Source: an uncultured Gemmatimonadaceae bacterium
Lineage (GTDB): Bacteria > Gemmatimonadota > Gemmatimonadetes > Gemmatimonadales > Gemmatimonadaceae
Assembly: GCA_963716745.1 (NCBI GenBank)
Contig: OY970320.1
Span: 704,001-768,000, forward strand
DNA: 64,000 nucleotides
Direction: 5' to 3'
The position numbers were made by a program, and so were the translations under genes. Below the pieces are notes generated by a model. The model did no database searches, was not told the origin of the DNA, and saw only the letters and a list, made by a program, of their open reading frames with translations. Shown in pieces: positions 57,867-64,000 of the stretch (positions are counted from its first letter, which is position 1; each line of letters begins with the position of its first letter).

Positions 57867-58991
57867 CTACTCCGACTTCCAGAAGTCAATGCCGCCCGCC
57901 TGCTGGCCCACGTCCACGCTCGCCACTCGCACCAGCGAATGCAGGTCGATGATGTCCACCGTGCCGGGCTCCGAGCCGACGCCTTCGAGCGTCACGAACG
58001 CGTACCGGTCGTCCGGCGAGATCACCAGTCCGCTCGGCACGCGCCGCGTCGTCGGAATGCGCGCCAGCTCCGCGCCGCTCTTCGCGTCGATCACGCTCAC
58101 CGACTTCCCGCGCTTGTTCGTGCCCACGATGAGCTTCCCGTCGTGGCTCGCCGCGAGATTGTAGATCCCGTCACCCGCCGGGATCGCGCCGCCACATCGT
58201 CCACGATGTGAGATCGATCTCCACGATGTCGTTCGACTTGTTGCACGCGACCCACACCGTCTTCCCGTCCACGCTCGGCTGCGCCCACGTGGGCGAGCAG
58301 GTGACCGCGGGCATCTTCATCGCGCCGGACACCGGCCCCGCCGCGCCCATCTCGCTCCCCTTCGTGAGCATGAAGTGCCGGCTCACCGCGAGCTGGTCGG
58401 CGTCGATCTCCACGAGCGCGTCGCTCATCATGCACGCGGAGTACTGATGCTTGCCGTCGGGGGCGAGGCGCGAGCCGTGCGGCATCACGCAGGTGGGAAT
58501 GCGCTTCACCTCCGCCATGCTCTCGCCGTACACCACACTCACGCTCGACGTCACCATCTCGCCATACGCGTTGAAGTTCACCGTCCACGCGTACTGGCCG
58601 TTCGGCGACACCGCGACCGTCGCCGGGAAATGGCCGAGCTCCACGCGCCCCGCGAGCGAATCGTTCGCGGTGCTGTACTTCCACATGGCGCCGTTCGGCG
58701 TGCCGTGCGCGGTGGTCACGTAGTACCACCGTCCGTCGGGCGACACCGCGATGCCCGTGCGGCCCACGAGCTCGGTGCGATTGGTCCCACTTGATGCGTG
58801 CGCTCCACATGCGCGCCTTTCGGCCCGAAGCGCACGAGCGCCACTTGGTCGTTCCCTTCGCTCGCGACGAACACGAGGTAATCGTGCGCCGGCGGCACGG
58901 GTGCCGGCGCGGCTTGCGCACTGCGCGCTCGCGCTCGCGCACCGGCCGTCAGTAGCAATGCCGCGAGCGCGCCGGCGCGCAGCGCGGTCAT
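57867..58991 (-). CDS. YncE/YVTN-type beta-propeller secreted protein; frameshifted
   Basis: Signal peptide; repeated VSPDG/VSPNG blades and CVMPHG, CSPTW motifs. Confidence 0.82.
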
Positions 58992-61053
58992 GGATGCAAC
59001 GGCGCGGCCGGCGGCATCACCGGCTGCTGGCCGCTTGGGATTCACGCGAATGATCCAGAGCCCGTTGTTGAAATCGTTCACGTAGGCGAGGCCGTCCTTC
59101 GGATTCACCACCACGCCCCAGTCGAATGCCTGGTTCTTGCACGTTGCCATCCATGTCCGCGGTATTGAGCGATGCGATCTCGCGATGCTGCGCCTTGAGG
59201 TCGCCCATCGAGTTCGCCCGAGATGTCGAACACATGGAAACCCGCGTCGTACGCGCCCAGGTAGAGCGTGTCGGCCACCTGCCACACGTTGTGCACGCCG
59301 CCCATCTCGGGCGTGTACCACGCCACCGACCGCGGATGCTCAATGTCGCTCACGTCGATCACCTGCAGCGTGCCGTACATGCGGTCGCTCGACGCGTCCT
59401 TCGCACCCTGCACCGGGCCGTTGCGATACACCTCGTCGGCGATGAAGACGTACTTGCCGCCGCGCTGGCGCCACGCCGTGTGCGTGCCGCGTCCGAAGCC
59501 CGGCGCCGACGCATCCTCCACATCCTTGTACAGCGAATCGAGATCGTACTTGAACTGCGAGATCATCACCGGCTTCGTCGGGCGTGCCGCCCCACTTCCC
59601 GTTGCCGATGTCGAGGATCACGAGCCCGTCGTTCCAGTAGCTCGCGTACATGATGCCCATCCACGATGTCCAGGTCGTGCACGTAGCGCGACTGGCGTCG
59701 GGGCGGTCGGTGTGCCACGAGCCCGCGCGCTTGGGATGCGCGGGATCGTCGATGTTCACGATGTCGATCGCGCCGGTGCCATCGTTCGTGATGAACACGA
59801 ACTTCCCGTACTTCTCCGTTCTCGTAGATGTAGATCGAGTGCACGCCGGCACTCACACCGTCCACGAATTGCGAGAGCTCTTTCGGGTGGAGCGGATCGT
59901 GCGTATCGGCGATCACGATGCCGTTCTTCCGGTCGCTCGCTCCTTCGCGCGTGAACACCATGTAATTCCCGTCGGCGGTGTTCTGCATGTCGTTCACGAG
60001 CCGCGTGTTCGACTTGATCGAGTCCACGACGACCGGCTTCGCGGGGTTCGAGATGTCGATCGCGTACACGAGATCGCCGCCCTCGTGCGTGCCGAGGTAC
60101 GCGACTCTGCCGTTCGGATGGATCCACACTTCCGAGGTTGCGAATCGCGTACGTGCCACGCGTCCCACGACGGTCACGCCGCGGCGCACGTCGCGCGGCG
60201 TCACGATCACGGTAGCGGACGCCGAGCGCGAGCCGAGCATCGCGGTCACGGTGTACGTGCCCGAGCGATACGCCACGAACTGGCCGCTCGGGCTCAGCTG
60301 GCCATCGCCCGGCGAGAACGCCCACGTGGGTGTGAGTTCGGACACCGCTTTGCCATTCGCGTCGCGCGCATCCACCGTGAATTGCACGACGTCGCCCTCG
60401 CGCACGGCGGGCTTCGCCGGCGACAACGCGACCTTGCTGATCGTGTTCGGCAGCACGCGAACGCTCACCGCACCCGAGACCGCTCCCGCGCTCGCCGTGA
60501 TCTTCACGCTGCCGGGCGCGACGCCGCTGATCGTGCCGTCCTGCGTGACCGTCGCCACTTTGTCACCGCTCGATTTCCACGAGAGCGCGTTGAGATTGCG
60601 GTCGTTGCTCTTTGAGAACGCCGCGCCGGTCACGCGCAACGACTGACCCACGAGAATGTTCACGGCCGCCGGCGCGACGCTCACGCGCACCGCGGGCCCC
60701 GCCACGCCGCGGAATTGCACCGAGGTCGAATCAATGTACGGTGCGGAACCCGGGACGACAGCCGACAGCGCCAGCGGAAACTTGCCCACCGAGCTCGCGA
60801 TGAGCCACGAGCTGCCCGCGGCGATGTCCCCCTCTCCCTGCCCGCCCAGCATCTTCACCGAGATCACGGCGCCCGGCACCGCCTCGCCCTTCGCGTCGAG
60901 CGCGCGCAACACGAGTTGCACGGAATCTCCCGCCGTGATCTCGCGCGTGGCCGGCATCACCTCGATGCGTTTGACCGGCGACGCCGGGAGCGGCGCAGTG
61001 GGAGCTTGCTGGAAAAGGAGCGCGACGACAGGAAGTACGACGTGGAACGACAT
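58988..61053 (-). CDS. Secreted Ig-like (Big_2) domain + LVIVD-repeat protein; frameshifted
   Basis: WKSS...VATV..DGTI Big_2 motif; AIDISNP, VILDIG, VIDVSD and VFDIS LVIVD-like repeats; ends with an ATGA overlap at 58988. Confidence 0.82.
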
Positions 61054-61128
61054 TCGGGAGCTCCGGGCTTGGGTGAGAGTGTTCTGAAAGCTCCCATTCC
61101 GCTTCACGAGTCGCAAGCGCGATTCGGT

Positions 61129-61224
61129 CAACTAACTGCTTGACAGGATTAACATGATGAACAGGATGAACCGCCCAGGCGGTCCATCCTGTTCATCATG
61201 TTAATCCTGTCAAGCAGTTAGTTG
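61129..61224. repeat. 96-bp near-perfect AT-rich palindrome with 9-mer units
   Basis: 40-bp perfect arms 61129-68 and 61185-224 (acaggatta/acatgatga/acaggatga units), continuing to a small loop. Confidence 0.95.
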
Positions 61225-61269
61225 CCGTTTCCAGATCCCCCAGTATGCTACGGAATACTTCAGCCCACG

Positions 61270-61668
61270 ATGATCATGCCTCTTCCCAAGATCACCAGCC
61301 TGACGCCCGTCTTCATCGTAGAGAGCGTCGAATCCTGTCTCGCGTTCTGGGTCGACCGGCTCGGCTTCGTCGCGGAGAACCAGGTGCCCGGCCCCGACGG
61401 CAAATTGATCTTCGCGAGCGCGAAGAAAGATGGGATCGAAGTGATGTATCAGACTCGCGCGAGCGTGCTCGCCGAGCGGCCGGACGCCACCGCGGAGCTC
61501 ACCGGCAATTCCACCGTGCTGTTCCTGCAGGTGGATGATCTGGATGCGGCCGAACGCGCGATGAAGGGCGCCCCCGTCGTGAAGGCGCGGCATACGACGT
61601 TCTACGGTTCAACGGAATTCTACGTCCGCGAGCCAGGCGGGAATGTCGTGGGTTTCGCGAAATTCTGA
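61270..61668 (+). CDS. VOC/glyoxalase family protein
   Basis: LTPVF..FWVDRLGF, LFLQVDDLD and FYGSTEFYVREPGGN motifs. Confidence 0.9.
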   Translation: MIMPLPKITSLTPVFIVESVESCLAFWVDRLGFVAENQVPGPDGKLIFASAKKDGIEVMYQTRASVLAERPDATAELTGNSTVLFLQVDDLDAAERAMKGAPVVKARHTTFYGSTEFYVREPGGNVVGFAKF

Positions 61669-61761
61669 ACTGCAGACTGAGACGTTAGACGTTAGACGTT
61701 AGAATACGAACGGCGCGCGCAGTCTAACGTGCTAACGGTCTAACGTCTAGATCTGCAGTTA
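61666..61761. repeat. Palindromic element with TTAGACG heptamer arms and AACTGCAG termini
   Basis: tgaactgcagactgagacgttagacgttagacgttagaatac...gcagtctaacgtgctaacggtctaacgtctagatctgcagtta. Confidence 0.9.
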
Positions 61762-62277
61762 TTGGTACTGCTTCAACTCCGCCAACGTCCACGGCGTCGT
61801 GCGCGACGCGGTGGCAGCGCGAATGGCAGCCACTTGCTCGGCCGTCACTTGTGCGCCGGTGTTGCCCCACGAGCTGCGCTCGTAGTTGATCGCCGCGGCG
61901 ACATCGGCATCGGTGAGCGCGGCGCCCTGCGGCGGCATCATGCTGTTGAACTGCTGTCCCTTCACCGTGACCGGACCGGTGAGTCCCTGAAGCACGATGC
62001 GAATGTGTGCGTCCGCCTTGCCGTTCACGATCTCCGAGCCGGCGAGCGGCGGGAAGGCGTTCGGTAGTCCGAGTCCGGTGGCCTGATGGCACACGCTGCA
62101 TGTGGCATACTGCGCCGCACCCGCTTGAGCGGCCGGAGCAGCCGCCGTCGCCGGCGCCGCCGGGGGCGCCGCGTTCGATCCCGCGGCGGGCTGGTCCTTT
62201 GCGCCGCCACAACCCATGACAAGCGCGGTGGAGAAAAGAAAAGCAGTGACGAGTGCACGACGGTCGTTGATGCGCAT
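61759..62277 (-). CDS. Monoheme cytochrome c lipoprotein
   Basis: Lipobox VMGC; CSVCH; FPPLAGS; MMP axial Met; YERSSWGN; GGAGG RBS. Confidence 0.92.
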   Translation of the reverse strand: MRINDRRALVTAFLFSTALVMGCGGAKDQPAAGSNAAPPAAPATAAAPAAQAGAAQYATCSVCHQATGLGLPNAFPPLAGSEIVNGKADAHIRIVLQGLTGPVTVKGQQFNSMMPPQGAALTDADVAAAINYERSSWGNTGAQVTAEQVAAIRAATASRTTPWTLAELKQYQ

Positions 62278-62363
62278 GCTTGCACCTCCGTTCGTTCGGT
62301 TGGGAGACTCAGGCTTGGCAATAGTATAGGCCGCCGAGGATCGCGCGCCAGCAACCGCAACCA

Positions 62364-62480
62364 CCGGGAACCGATGACCGGGAACCGGTGAGGCATGAAC
62401 ACACATTCATCACGACATCGCGCAGTGTCGTTACGAAATGCGTAGTCATGCCTCACCGGTTCCCGGCCATCGGTTCCCGG
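62364..62480. repeat. Long hairpin with CCGGGAA/CCGRTGA heptamer arms
   Basis: 35-bp arms (62364-98 and 62446-80) with one mismatch; imperfect pairing continues inward. Confidence 0.92.
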
Positions 62481-62490
62481 CAGTTTGCCG

Positions 62491-62643
62491 CTATGCCGCG
62501 ATCCGTCTTCCCGTCACCAGATTGAACACGATCGCAATGAGCGCGATCACGAGCAGCAAATGGATCAGCCCCCCGCCCACGTGCACAACGAAGAAGCCGA
62601 GTGCCCACAGGATGAGCAGGATGACCGCGATGGTATACAGCAT
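62491..62643 (-). CDS. lmo0937-family (DUF5670) small membrane protein (50 aa; not in ORF track)
   Basis: MLYTIAVILLILWALGFFVVHVGGGLIHLLLVIALIAIVFNLVTGRRIAA; GGGAG RBS. Confidence 0.9.
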   Translation of the reverse strand: MLYTIAVILLILWALGFFVVHVGGGLIHLLLVIALIAIVFNLVTGRRIAA

Positions 62644-62673
62644 TGGAACTCCCGGTTGGTGTTGGTAAGGGTC

Positions 62674-62889
62674 CTACGACTTCCGCATGGCGCCCGCGCC
62701 AATCAGCGCGACGCCGCCCACGATGCCCACGATGCCGACCCACTGGGGGATCCCGTGCTTGTCGGTATCGGTGACGGCCACGTCGCCCACCTTCGCGACC
62801 TCTTTCGTGGTCTTGTAGCTCATGCCGCGGAATGTGATCACCGCGCCGAGCACGAGCAGCAATATTCCGGCAATGATGGATGAGCGCAT
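62674..62889 (-). CDS. Small two-TM membrane protein (DUF3185-like)
   Basis: TM-YKTTKEVAKVGD..IP.W.G-TM pattern; GAGGTGG RBS. Confidence 0.75.
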   Translation of the reverse strand: MRSSIIAGILLLVLGAVITFRGMSYKTTKEVAKVGDVAVTDTDKHGIPQWVGIVGIVGGVALIGAGAMRKS

Positions 62890-63112
62890 GGTGCCACCTC
62901 GAGATGGATGAAATGCCGATGCCGCGCGCAGCGCGCGGGGATCAACGTTTCCGAATTGTGTCGGGCCACTCGGCGCTGCCGCAGATGCCGGTGCGAGGGC
63001 ACTTTGCCCTCCGCCAACTCGCGCGACGCCTCGGGGGAGCTCTATCGGGGCTCCGTACCGCTGGAAGTATAGATACGAAGAACTCGCTCAATGCGCAATG
63101 AGCGCGGGCGAT

Positions 63113-63514
63113 CTACTTCTTCTCCGCCTCGAGTTTGGCGATCGGCTTGTCGCCCTCGAACAGGGTGAGCACGGTGCCGCTGATCTGATAGTTCGTCGTC
63201 TTCGAGAGCGCGTCGACGAACGACTTCTCCTCGTCGGCGAACGGCTTGGGGCAGCTCTTCTGCGTGCCCGTGAACGCGCTGATCTTCACGCCGTTCTTGC
63301 CGTGCAGGGAATAACCGCCGGCCAGCGTATTGCAGCCGCCATTGCCGGTCACGGTGTGTCCGGCGGGCGTCAACGTGATCGCGGCAACGTACTGCGCCGA
63401 ATCCGTGACCACGGTGCCCGCACGCAGATCCACGAGCAGCCACTTGGTATTCTCGAGGGTCACCGCGTGCGCGGCCGCCACGGCGGCGAGCGCGATCGAC
63501 AGGAGCAGCTTCAT
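63113..63514 (-). CDS. META domain (HslJ-like) secreted protein
   Basis: LENTKWLL, GNGGCN and TQKSC motifs; GGAGG RBS. Confidence 0.9.
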   Translation of the reverse strand: MKLLLSIALAAVAAAHAVTLENTKWLLVDLRAGTVVTDSAQYVAAITLTPAGHTVTGNGGCNTLAGGYSLHGKNGVKISAFTGTQKSCPKPFADEEKSFVDALSKTTNYQISGTVLTLFEGDKPIAKLEAEKK

Positions 63515-63535
63515 CGGGGCCTCCGGAGTCCCAAG

Positions 63536-63614
63536 GTGCATCGTGCATCGGGCATCGTGCCTCGAACATACACCACTGTCAGTACCGCGGCACGAGGAAC
63601 GATGCCCGATGCAC
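63536..63614. repeat. CATCGTG/CATCGGG heptamer inverted repeat
   Basis: 22-bp arms (63543-64 and 63593-614) with one mismatch. Confidence 0.85.
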
Positions 63615-63639
63615 GGTGTCTTACCCCGTGGAGTCGCTT

Positions 63640-63674
63640 TCTAGCGTCTAAGTCTAACGTCTAAGTCTGTAGTT
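63640..63674 (-). repeat. Single arm of the AACTRCAGAC-(TTAGACG)n element overlapping the DUF4342 stop
   Basis: Minus strand reads AACTACAGACTTAGACGTTAGACTTAGACGCTAGAA. Confidence 0.85.
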
Positions 63675-63936
63675 TCTCATCCTTCACTACCACGATCGTA
63701 AATCGAACCGCCAGCGCCGCGATGGCGCCTATTGCGACCCATACGGGCATCAGCATCGCGCCCACCACGCCGACGGTCAGCGGGATCTCCAGCAGGGTGT
63801 GACCATCCTCGGCCTTGATGATGATCCGGCGCGCGTTCCCCTCGCGCACGATCTCCTTGACGCGCGCGACGAGATCCTCGCCATTGATGCGATGCTCCTC
63901 GGTGCGCGTGGGGCCGCTGGATTCAGGTGCCGTCAT
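63661..63936 (-). CDS. DUF4342 domain protein
   Basis: LVARVKEIVREGNARRIIIK...LLEIPLTVG motif. Confidence 0.9.
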   Translation of the reverse strand: MTAPESSGPTRTEEHRINGEDLVARVKEIVREGNARRIIIKAEDGHTLLEIPLTVGVVGAMLMPVWVAIGAIAALAVRFTIVVVKDEKLQT

Positions 63937-64000
63937 GTGCCGTCTCCGGTCGCGGGTTCGTGATGGATCAGCAGGCGAAGTTCCTTACGCGAAGGGATGG

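Noticed and set aside
58716..59321. Apparent fusion of the LVIVD protein with the YncE-like protein
   Set aside because: A one-base shift near 59020 restores VMPPAAPLHP-stop overlapping the next ATG, the usual ATGA coupling.

Overview
GC-rich bacterial chromosomal window, most consistent with Gemmatimonadota (inferred from the protein families, not from a database search). It holds about 65 genes: the 5' part of an alternative complex III (actA-actB-actC) operon, sodA, speA, pdxH, a sulfurtransferase plus persulfide-dioxygenase pair, thrC, an S41 protease, tag, a probable diamine/omega-amino-acid catabolic operon (two class-III aminotransferases, an ALDH, a two-subunit CoA-transferase), an arsR-arsM-arsC operon, a GcvT-like plus two phytoene-dehydrogenase-like flavoprotein operon, an ADOP-type permease and several secreted beta-propeller proteins. 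Many genes are split by single-base frameshifts, probably long-read indel errors. The most notable non-coding signals are (i) a c-di-GMP-I (GEMM) riboswitch directly upstream of a 78-aa protein of unknown function and (ii) more than a dozen intergenic palindromes built from different 7-mer (one 9-mer) tandem units. Several of these share AACTRCAG-type termini, sit at gene 3' ends, and in two cases supply the same 'LQT-stop' C-terminus to unrelated genes. I saw no tRNA, rRNA, CRISPR array, transposase or phage gene.
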